This document shows positions 1 through 7,671 of a stretch of 12,158 nucleotides of DNA, piece by piece. How positions within the stretch are numbered: position 1 is the first letter of the stretch; each line of letters starts with the position of its first letter. The stretch comes from Myxococcales bacterium (GTDB taxonomy: Bacteria > Myxococcota_A > UBA9042 > JABWCM01 > BTVJ01): positions 1 to 12,158 of the forward strand of contig BTVJ01000140.1 in NCBI GenBank assembly GCA_045863395.1, in the 5' to 3' direction. Position numbers and translations under genes: made by a program. The notes beneath the pieces were generated by a model. It saw only the letters and a list, made by a program, of their open reading frames with translations, was not told the origin of the DNA and did not search any database.

Positions 1-206
1 GGTACCAACCCACGTGGGGCCACCTTGGGCCCGGCGCTCCGGGGATGGCAACTCATGTGGGGCCACCTTGGGCCCGGCGCTCCGGGGATGGCAACTCACG
101 TGGGGCCACCTTGGGCCGGGCGCTCCGGGGATGGCACCTCACATGGGGCCACCTTGGGCCGGGCGCCCCTGGGGTGCCAACCCACGGGGTGGCACCGTGG
201 GCCGGA
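1..206. repeat. 43-bp tandem repeat, about 5 copies, intergenic, possibly continuing left of the window
   Basis: Unit ggggatggcaactcaygtggggccaccttgggccsggcgctcc at 41-83, 84-126 and 127-169. There is a partial, more divergent copy at 1-40 and a degenerate copy from 170. There are no spacers, and 43 is not a multiple of 3. Confidence 0.92.
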
Positions 207-290
207 GGGTCGCGGAGCCACGGCGCACGGGGTGACCGTGGTGTTTGCGTCCGGTACGCGTCGCCAGCGGAGGCCCTCCGCCGCCGCTCG

Positions 291-2318
291 CTACTGCACC
301 CCGACGATGGTCCCGGAGATGGCCTGGAAGGGGATGCCGATGGAGGCCGCGTCCTTGGTGCCGTTGCCGTCCGAGTCGATGTCGTTCACGACGAGCACGT
401 CGAGGAGGTTGAGGATGGTCTCCTTGCTGAAGCCGGCGGGGAACTGCTCCGCGGGCAGGGCGCTGACGGCGGCCTTGATGTCCTCCTTCGGGACCGCGCC
501 GCCGATGATGCCCTGGAGCCCCGTGATCGTGCCGTCCGTCAGTGTGACCTCCGCCTGGATGCGCGCGCTGTAGATGGTGATCTGGAGCGGGAGCCCGCTG
601 ATGGGGATCTCGAAGGGGAAGGACGTGCCTGGGCCGCCTGCCGTCAGGACGCCGCCCTTGATGGTCGCCCCGGGGAAGGAGATCAGCGCGTTGCAGTCGT
701 CGTCGAAGGCCGACGCCGACACCGTGTACGGGCAGCTCTGGGTCTGGAAGTCGCACCCCTCCGTAGCGGTCTTGGCCGTGAAGAAGTGGATGTCGTAGGG
801 GGTGCCGTCGGTCTTGACGTCCGCGTGCTCCAACAACAGCAGGATGCTGCCCTTCGTGACCGCGTCGCCGAGAGCGTTGTTGGCGAAGCTGGCGACCACG
901 CTCAGGGAGTTGTCGATGCCGTCCGCGCACTGCCCCGACGGCGCACAGGTCGCCGCGTTGGCATCCACGTCGAGCCCCTGTCCGGGCTTGCCGTCCTTGC
1001 CGATGGCCAGCGCGCTGATCTTGCTCACCGTGTCGGAGAACTCGGGCTGACAGACGCACGCCGTCGTGTCGCCCTTGCACTGCCCGGCCACGCAGACGTC
1101 GCCGGTGGAGCACTCCTTGCCGTCGTCGCAGGGCGCCCCGGACGTGGGCGTGGCTACGCACTTGCCGAAGCCGACGCAGGCGTCCTCGGTGCACGGGTTG
1201 CCGTCGTCGCAGCTCTTCGGGGAGCCCTTGCAGACCCCGTCCGTGCAGGTGTCGCCGCTCGTGCACGGGTCCCCGTCGTTGCAGAAGCCCAAGTTGGGCT
1301 CGTAGGCGCAGGCGCCGGACTCGGGGTCGCACAGGTCGACCGTGCAGGGGTCGTCGTCGTCGCAGATGCCCTTGCCACCCTGGCAGCACGGGTCCTCCGC
1401 GGGAACATGGACGCAGCCGCCCCCCGCATCGCAGGAGTCCACGGTGCACGGGTTGTCGTCGTCGCACGGGTTCTGTGGGCCTCCGATGCACGCGCCCGCC
1501 TCACAGGTGTCGCCGAGGGTGCAGGCGTCGCCGTCCGTGCAGTCGCCGATATGGGGCGCGTTGGAGCAGCCGCTCGCAGCCGCGCAAGTGTCGTCTGTGC
1601 AGGGGTTGTCGTCGTTGCAGTTGACCGGCGAGCCGCCCACGCACGCCCCATCGAGGCACAGGTCGCCCGTCGTGCAGGCGTCGCCGTCGTCGCAGGAGGC
1701 GGCCACAGCGGCATGGACGCACCCCGTCGCCGGGTCGCAGGCGTCACTTGTGCAGAGGCTCCCGTCGTCGCAGACGAGCGCGCCACCGGTACACACCGCG
1801 CCCTCGCAGTGGTCCCCCTGGGTGCAGGCGTCGCCGTCGTCGCAGGGCTCGTCCTCTCCAATCGGCGACCACACGGTCTGGCTCTCGCCGGGGCGGCACT
1901 CGCCGCAGCCCTGCTGGTCGCCGTCCGCGTAGCACTGGTTGCCGATGAGGCAGGCCCCCTCGGCGACGGTCGCGCCGCAGCCGCCGAGGCCGTCGCACGC
2001 ATCGACCGTACAGGCGCGCCCGTCGTCGCAGGTGTAGGGGAGACCGACGCAGGCCCCGTTGGCGCAGCGGTCGTCCTTGGTGCAGGGATCGCCGTCGTCA
2101 CAGACAGCGCCTTGCGGGCAGGGGCCCGCGTCCGCGATGGGGGCCGACGTATCGGAGCCGCCCCCGTCGCTCCCCACGACCCCGTCTCCCGAGACGCTGT
2201 CCGCCGGGTCGATGCCTCCCGGCTCGCCGATGTCAACGCTGCCGGCGTCGCCCGTCGCGCTCCCCGCGTCGCTCCCGCACGCGCCGAGCAGCAGGGCACA
2301 GACCATCCACCTTCTCAC
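291..2318 (-). CDS. 675-aa lipoprotein with 12 CDDGxxCT-type Cys-rich repeats (Dictyostelium CTDC-like) and an unassigned C-terminal domain of about 250 aa
   Basis: GTG start overlaps the upstream TGA (GTGA, 2315-2318), with an AAGGAG RBS just upstream. Signal peptide and lipobox MRRWMVCALLLGA-C, then a D/G/S/P-rich linker and repeats at about 1050-2120. The head ends with DIDSDGNGTKD, and the stop is TAG at 291-293. Confidence 0.9.
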   Translation of the reverse strand: MRRWMVCALLLGACGSDAGSATGDAGSVDIGEPGGIDPADSVSGDGVVGSDGGGSDTSAPIADAGPCPQGAVCDDGDPCTKDDRCANGACVGLPYTCDDGRACTVDACDGLGGCGATVAEGACLIGNQCYADGDQQGCGECRPGESQTVWSPIGEDEPCDDGDACTQGDHCEGAVCTGGALVCDDGSLCTSDACDPATGCVHAAVAASCDDGDACTTGDLCLDGACVGGSPVNCNDDNPCTDDTCAAASGCSNAPHIGDCTDGDACTLGDTCEAGACIGGPQNPCDDDNPCTVDSCDAGGGCVHVPAEDPCCQGGKGICDDDDPCTVDLCDPESGACAYEPNLGFCNDGDPCTSGDTCTDGVCKGSPKSCDDGNPCTEDACVGFGKCVATPTSGAPCDDGKECSTGDVCVAGQCKGDTTACVCQPEFSDTVSKISALAIGKDGKPGQGLDVDANAATCAPSGQCADGIDNSLSVVASFANNALGDAVTKGSILLLLEHADVKTDGTPYDIHFFTAKTATEGCDFQTQSCPYTVSASAFDDDCNALISFPGATIKGGVLTAGGPGTSFPFEIPISGLPLQITIYSARIQAEVTLTDGTITGLQGIIGGAVPKEDIKAAVSALPAEQFPAGFSKETILNLLDVLVVNDIDSDGNGTKDAASIGIPFQAISGTIVGVQ

Positions 2319-5300
2319 TTCACGTCTCCTTGCAGCAGGGTGTAGCCCTTGTCCCGCGTGACCTGCTTCAGATCCAGCTCCAGGGTGGTCCCCGGCGGGA
2401 CCTGATCCGACGCCCCGGACAGGTCGATGGCGGGCAGCGGGAAGCCGCCCAGCGCGTTGCCCGCGAGGCTGTCGAGGAAGGCCGGCACGAGCTGCTCCTG
2501 GATGAGCCCGAGGACGACGCCCTTGAACCCGAACACCGCCGGATCCGTGAAGATCACGTCCGCCTCGATCTTCGTGATGTCCTGGATGGCGATGCCCAGC
2601 TCCTTGCCGTTGTCCCCGTCTTTGAGCTGGAACTCGGCGTTGGCCGCGAAGCTCACGTAGATGTCCATGTCCAGCAGCACGCCACCGAGGGTCAGGACGG
2701 CATGGATGTGCATGTCACCGATCTGGATCTCGATCTGCTCGGCCGGATTGCAGGCCGTCACGATGGGCGCCAGCAGGAAGTCGATGTTCAAAGACACGTC
2801 GCTGACGCCGTACTTGGCCAGGTCCACACCGGCCAGCAGCTCCGGCCCCACCGGGAAGGACAAGGCGCCCCCCCAGTAGATGCCGAAGAGAATCTGGTTG
2901 AAGAAGTCGTCGTGGAGCCCGATCTGCAGCGGCCAGTCCAACGGGAACGCGAACGGCTCGGTCTGGCCGCTCAGGCAGGCGGCGCGGCCGATGGAGCCGA
3001 GCACCGTGTGGGGTACCTTCTTCGGCGTGACGGCCGTCGCGTACATGCCGAGCTCCCCGCCCGGCGGCTGGAAGTTGAGCGTGGACAGGGCCGTCCGGAG
3101 CTGGATGACCACCGGGTCTCCCGAGCCGAGCAGCGGCGGGATGGTGAAGTCGCTGTTGAAGGCCAGCGACTCCAGGGCGCTGGCCACGATGGGCGGCAGG
3201 GCGTTGGCGATCTGGTCCTTGAAGGCGTTCTGGAGCTGAGTCGCGAAGGTGCCCTCGAAAAAGTTGATCAGCCAGTTCGTGAGGAAGCCGAGGACGCCGT
3301 CCAGCTTGATGTCGAGCCCATTGATTTTGACCACGGTGTTCTGCGCCGTGGCGTTGACCTTGCCCGTAGCCGCCTGGAGCGACAGCATCAGGTCCATGTC
3401 GATGACGATGCTCGTGGTCGTCACCGTGCCCGTCGCGTCGATGCCGAAGCAGTACCAGGCACTGCAGTCGGCGAAGATCTTGGCGGTCAGGTTCGGGATG
3501 GTCATGGTCATGTGCAGGCCGCCCGCGATGGACTTGAGCGCCACCTTGGCCTTCCCGTATTTGATGTCGTTGACGTAGATCTTGTAGCCGCCCTGCTCGG
3601 TCACCGGGTTCTGGATCATCGCTCCAATGTTGAACCCGCCGGCCAGCATCTCGAAGACCGTCGCCAGGTCGTTGACGTTGTTCGGGTCGTGGTCGCCGTC
3701 GTCGATGACCTTCTGGCCGAGCCAGATCTCCAGGCCATCCTCTACATAGGAGCCCACCGGGTCCGCCGCATCGATGGGGAACCACTCGAAGGAGAAGTAG
3801 AAGGACTGGACCGCCGTGCCCGTGCCGCCGATGCCGTCGATGGCCACGGCCTTGATGATGTTCATGCCGTGGGCGGGGGACAGCGTCGTCGAGAAGGTCC
3901 CGTCGGCGGCGAGGGTCACCGCCTTGTCGTTGATGGTGAACGTGGCGATGGGGGCGCCCTTGCTGGTCACCTTGCCGGTGACGGCCACGGAGGGGAGCCC
4001 ATCCAGCGTCACGGCGCGCTTGGGGGACGTGATCACGATGTTCGGCGCGCACTCGTAGGACGCGATGGGCTTGTGGGCGCAGCCGGTGACCGGGTCGCAG
4101 GAGTCCGCCGTGCACTCGTTGCCGTCGTCACACGAGATGGACGTGCCCTTGCACCCGCCGTTGCCGCAGACGTCGTTCACCGTACAGACGCTGGCGTCGT
4201 CGCAGGGCTCCGTGTTGGGCGTGGCCATGCACCCGGCCTCGGGGACGCAGGTGTCGTCCGTGCACAGGTTGCCGTCGTCGCACACCAGGGGGTCGAGCCC
4301 AGCCTGGCACGACCCGCCCTCGCAGAAGTCACCCACGGTGCAGGCGTTGCCATCGTCGCACGGGTCCGGGTTGGGCGTCGCGAAGCAGCCGAAGGTGCCG
4401 TCGCAGTCGTCGTCGGTGCACACGTTGCCGTCGTCGCAGGGCAGCGGGTCGGGGCCGGCCCAGCACTTGCCGCCGGCGCACTGGTCGCCCACCGTGCAGG
4501 CGTTGCCGTCGTCGCAGGGGGCCGAGTTCACCGCGGTCTGGCAGCCCAGCAGCGGGTCACAGCCCTCGTCCGTGCAGGGGTTGCCGTCGTCGCAGCCGGC
4601 TGCCGTGCCCGCCGAGCACGCGCCGCCCGCGCAGGTGTCACCCTGGGTGCAGACGCTGCCGTCGTCGCAGGGGACGGTGTTGGGGGTGTTCACGCAGCCC
4701 CCTGCCCCGCACGCGTCGTCCGTGCACGGGTTGCCGTCGCCGCACTCCAGCGTGCCGGTGCCCGCCTTGCACTCGCCCGCGGCGCAGGCGTCGCCCGTCG
4801 TGCAGGGGTCGCCGTCGCTGCATGGCCCGGAGAGGGGCGCGTGGGTGCAGCCCTTGCCCGGGTCGCAGGAGTCCGACGTGCAGGGGTTGCCGTCGTCGCA
4901 GAGGCTGCCGAGGCTCACGCAGGCGCCGGAGGAGCAACGATCACCCGACGTACAGGGGTCGCCATCGTCGCAGGCCAGCGTGTCGTCGGCGGTCCAGGAG
5001 TCGAGGGATACTGGCGCCACGCACGCGAGGCAGATGACATCGGGGGCCGGATCCCCATCATCGTAGCACTCGCCGTCGATCAGGCAGGAGTCGCCCCGGA
5101 TGGGGTTCTCGCAGCCGCCGAGGCCATCGCAGAGGTCGTGCGTGCAAGAGATCCCGTCGGAGCAGGAGTACGCGGTCCCCTTGCAGAACCCGTCCACGCA
5201 GGCATCCCAGCGGGTGCAGGGGTCGCCGTCGTCGCAGGGCTGGTCCTTGACGCAGGCCACCGGAGCAGGACCGCTCGTGTCCTTGGGGGCGACGGTGTCG

Positions 5301-5446
5301 GGCGCCCCAGGGCCAGAGTCGGCGGTCGCCGTGTCCTCGGCGCCGGGCCCGGTGTCGACCACGTCGCTGCCGCCGGCGCTGGTGAGGTCATCTTCGGAGC
5401 AAGCGATGAGGGCCAGGGCGACCCAAGCAAGTGACAGCCTGCGCAT
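2315..5446 (-). CDS. 1043-aa lipoprotein: 14 Cys-rich repeats, an Ig-like beta domain and a putative two-barrel BPI/LBP/CETP (TULIP) lipid-binding head
   Basis: ATG with CAGGAG RBS and lipobox LALIA-C. Repeats lie at about 4070-5255. An Ig-like segment PNIVITSP...VTGKVT...DGTFSTTLSPAHGMNIIKAVAID lies at about 3790-4045. The C-terminal ~470 aa carry LBP/BPI-like motifs (LDGVLGFLTNWL, IGLHDDFFNQ, GFPLP, KGYTLLQGDVK). The CDS is secure; the head assignment is by eye. Confidence 0.88.
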   Translation of the reverse strand: MRRLSLAWVALALIACSEDDLTSAGGSDVVDTGPGAEDTATADSGPGAPDTVAPKDTSGPAPVACVKDQPCDDGDPCTRWDACVDGFCKGTAYSCSDGISCTHDLCDGLGGCENPIRGDSCLIDGECYDDGDPAPDVICLACVAPVSLDSWTADDTLACDDGDPCTSGDRCSSGACVSLGSLCDDGNPCTSDSCDPGKGCTHAPLSGPCSDGDPCTTGDACAAGECKAGTGTLECGDGNPCTDDACGAGGCVNTPNTVPCDDGSVCTQGDTCAGGACSAGTAAGCDDGNPCTDEGCDPLLGCQTAVNSAPCDDGNACTVGDQCAGGKCWAGPDPLPCDDGNVCTDDDCDGTFGCFATPNPDPCDDGNACTVGDFCEGGSCQAGLDPLVCDDGNLCTDDTCVPEAGCMATPNTEPCDDASVCTVNDVCGNGGCKGTSISCDDGNECTADSCDPVTGCAHKPIASYECAPNIVITSPKRAVTLDGLPSVAVTGKVTSKGAPIATFTINDKAVTLAADGTFSTTLSPAHGMNIIKAVAIDGIGGTGTAVQSFYFSFEWFPIDAADPVGSYVEDGLEIWLGQKVIDDGDHDPNNVNDLATVFEMLAGGFNIGAMIQNPVTEQGGYKIYVNDIKYGKAKVALKSIAGGLHMTMTIPNLTAKIFADCSAWYCFGIDATGTVTTTSIVIDMDLMLSLQAATGKVNATAQNTVVKINGLDIKLDGVLGFLTNWLINFFEGTFATQLQNAFKDQIANALPPIVASALESLAFNSDFTIPPLLGSGDPVVIQLRTALSTLNFQPPGGELGMYATAVTPKKVPHTVLGSIGRAACLSGQTEPFAFPLDWPLQIGLHDDFFNQILFGIYWGGALSFPVGPELLAGVDLAKYGVSDVSLNIDFLLAPIVTACNPAEQIEIQIGDMHIHAVLTLGGVLLDMDIYVSFAANAEFQLKDGDNGKELGIAIQDITKIEADVIFTDPAVFGFKGVVLGLIQEQLVPAFLDSLAGNALGGFPLPAIDLSGASDQVPPGTTLELDLKQVTRDKGYTLLQGDVK

Positions 5447-5490
5447 GGCGATAAGCTCCTGGCGAGAGGTTCCGGGGCGCGAACCGCGAC

Positions 5491-5519
5491 ATGCTACCGC
5501 GCCCAGGCGCCGGATGCCA
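5491..5519 (-). promoter_or_regulatory. Possible sigma70-type promoter for the two large lipoprotein genes
   Basis: On the minus strand, TGGCAT (5519-5514), a 17-bp spacer and TAGCAT (5496-5491), in the 80-bp gap after tex. Confidence 0.3.
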
Positions 5520-5526
5520 CTGGGAA

Positions 5527-7671
5527 TCAGGAGGCGGGGAGGCCCTTCATGGACAGGGCGATGCGGCGGCGCCGGAGATCCACCTCGACGACGCGGACGC
5601 GGACGAGGGCGCCAACCGAGACGACCTCATGGGGATCTCGCACGAAGCGGTCCGCGAGCTGGCTGATGTGGACCAGACCGTCCTGGTGGACCCCCACGTC
5701 CACGAAGGCCCCGAAGTGGGTGACGTTGGTCACGCGGCCGGGGAGCACCATGTCGGGCTTGAGGTCCGCCAGGTCGCGGAGGTCCTTGCGCAGGGCGGAC
5801 TCCTCCAGGCGGGGGCGGGGGTCGCGGCCCGGGCGGCGCAGCTCGTCGAGGATGTCCGCGACGGTCAGCTCGCCGGCCTCGGCGTAGCGGCGGCGGTCGA
5901 GGCGCTCCACGTGCTCCGGGTGGCCGACGAGCGCCGCGACGGCTACACCCGCGTCGCGGGCCATGCGCTCGACCAGGGCGTAGCGCTCCGGGTGGACGGC
6001 CGTGCGGTCCAGCGGGTTCGTCGCCTCGCGGATGCGGAGGAAGCCGGCGCACTGCTCGAAGGTGCGAGGCCCCAGCTTCTTCACGGCGAGCAGGGCCTTG
6101 CGGTCCTTGAAGGGCCCCCCGTGGTTGCGGTGCTCGACGATGGCGTTGGCCAGCGCCGGCCCGATGCCTGCCACGTAGGAGAGCAGCGCCGGGCTCGCGG
6201 TGTTCAGCTCCACGCCGACGCGATTGACGCAGTCCTCCACCACGTCGTGGAGGCGCCGCGCGAGGAGGGTCTGGTCCACGTCGTGCTGGTACTGGCCGAC
6301 CCCGAGCGACTTGGGGTCGATCTTCACCAGCTCCGCCAGCGGGTCCTGGAGGCGGCGGCCGATGCTGACCGCGCCGCGCAGGGTGACGTCCAGGTCGGGC
6401 ATCTCCTGGCGCGCCAGCTCGCTGGCCGAGTAGACGCTCGCGCCCGACTCGTCCACGGTCGCTACGGGGATGTCGACGCCCGCCTCGGCGAGGGCGTCCC
6501 GGACCACGGCCTCGGCCTCCCGGGAGCCCGTGCCGTTGCCCAGCGCGATGGCCTCGGCGCGCACGGCCTTGATCAGCCGCGCGAGCACCACCTTGGACTC
6601 GGAGGCCCGGGGGCCGATGGTGGTCACCGTGGCGGTCAGGCGCACGGCGCCGGTGGCATCGAGGGCCGCCACCTTGGCGCCCGTGCGCAGGCCCGGGTCG
6701 ACGGCGACGGTGGGACGCCCCCCAAAAGGTGGAGCCATCAGCAGGCCATGCAGGTTGCGCCCGAAGACCTCGACGGCCTCCAGGTCCGCCCGCTCGCGCA
6801 GCGCCGCACGGATGGCCGTGTCCGCGGCGGGCAGGAGCAGGCGCTTGCAGCCATCGGCGACCGCCTCGCGGAGCTGCCCGGCGAGCGGGGAGCGGGCGTC
6901 CACCCCCGCGAGCCACTCGGCGCGGGCGCGGATGGCGTCCTCGGGCGCCTCCAGGCTGAGGCGCAGGACTCCCTCGGCCTCGCCGCGCAGGGCAGCCAGC
7001 ACCCGGTGAGAGGGGATGGAGCGGATGGGCTCCCTGTGATCGAAGTACGTCTCGAAGCGGGCCCCCTCGGTCTCCTTCCCCTTGATGACGGTCGTCCGCA
7101 GCTCCCCGCGCCGCCGCAGCTCGTCGCGCGCCATCTCGCGCACGTCCGCGCGCTCGCACACCGCCTCGGCCGCGACGTCCCGGGCGCCGGCCCAGGCTGC
7201 CTCGTCATCGGGGACCTCAGGGTGCGCGCCCACGAAGGGGCGGACGACGGTTCGGGGATCGACACGAAGCGGCTGCTGGAGGATCAGCTCCCCGAGGGGA
7301 CCGAGTCCCCGCTCACGGGCCTTGGTGGCGCGGGTGCGCCGCTTGGGGCGAAACGGGAGGTAGAGGTCTTCCAGGGCCTGGCGGCTGTCGGCCGCGAGCA
7401 CGGCCGCGCGCAGGTCATTGGTCAGGACGCCCTGCTCGTCGAGGCTTGCAAGGACCGTGTCGCGGCGCTCCTCCAGCGCGACGATGGCGTCCCGGGTGGC
7501 TATGGCGGCGCGGATCTGCGCCTCGTCGAGGCCACCGGTGCGCTCTTTGCGGTAGCGGGCGATGAAGGGGACCGTGGCGCCCTCCCCCACCAGGGCCAGG
7601 ACGCCCGCGACGCCAGCGGAGGGAAGGGCCGTGGCGGCGGCGACCCGGGCGACGATCTCCTCGGGCTTCAC
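5527..7671 (-). CDS. tex: Tex/YhgF RNA-binding transcriptional accessory protein (714 aa)
   Basis: Family motifs GATVPFIARYRKERTG, VDPGLRTGAK, ESGASVYSASELA, SIGRRLQDPLAELVKIDPKSLGVGQYQHDV, HhH and a C-terminal S1 domain (GAFVDVGVHQDGLVHISQL). The start is placed at GTG 7671, overlapping the upstream TGA, rather than at the track's 7920. Confidence 0.96.
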   Translation of the reverse strand: MKPEEIVARVAAATALPSAGVAGVLALVGEGATVPFIARYRKERTGGLDEAQIRAAIATRDAIVALEERRDTVLASLDEQGVLTNDLRAAVLAADSRQALEDLYLPFRPKRRTRATKARERGLGPLGELILQQPLRVDPRTVVRPFVGAHPEVPDDEAAWAGARDVAAEAVCERADVREMARDELRRRGELRTTVIKGKETEGARFETYFDHREPIRSIPSHRVLAALRGEAEGVLRLSLEAPEDAIRARAEWLAGVDARSPLAGQLREAVADGCKRLLLPAADTAIRAALRERADLEAVEVFGRNLHGLLMAPPFGGRPTVAVDPGLRTGAKVAALDATGAVRLTATVTTIGPRASESKVVLARLIKAVRAEAIALGNGTGSREAEAVVRDALAEAGVDIPVATVDESGASVYSASELARQEMPDLDVTLRGAVSIGRRLQDPLAELVKIDPKSLGVGQYQHDVDQTLLARRLHDVVEDCVNRVGVELNTASPALLSYVAGIGPALANAIVEHRNHGGPFKDRKALLAVKKLGPRTFEQCAGFLRIREATNPLDRTAVHPERYALVERMARDAGVAVAALVGHPEHVERLDRRRYAEAGELTVADILDELRRPGRDPRPRLEESALRKDLRDLADLKPDMVLPGRVTNVTHFGAFVDVGVHQDGLVHISQLADRFVRDPHEVVSVGALVRVRVVEVDLRRRRIALSMKGLPAS

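Noticed and set aside
1..206. CRISPR array
   Set aside because: The units are contiguous with no unique spacers, and there are no cas genes in the window.
267..281. Hairpin gcggag/ctccgc after the 675-aa gene as an intrinsic terminator
   Set aside because: Only a 6-bp stem with a 3-nt loop and no U-tract on the minus strand.
14..573. Short plus-strand ORFs starting in the 43-bp repeat
   Set aside because: The same peptides rotate through all three frames, as expected from a non-triplet repeat, and there is no RBS or recognisable domain.
1050..5255. Multiheme cytochrome, or TraA orthologue, as an explanation of the Cys-rich regions
   Set aside because: There are no CxxCH motifs. The proteins have N-terminal lipoboxes and lack a C-terminal MYXO-CTERM-like tail and an adjacent OmpA-type traB gene.
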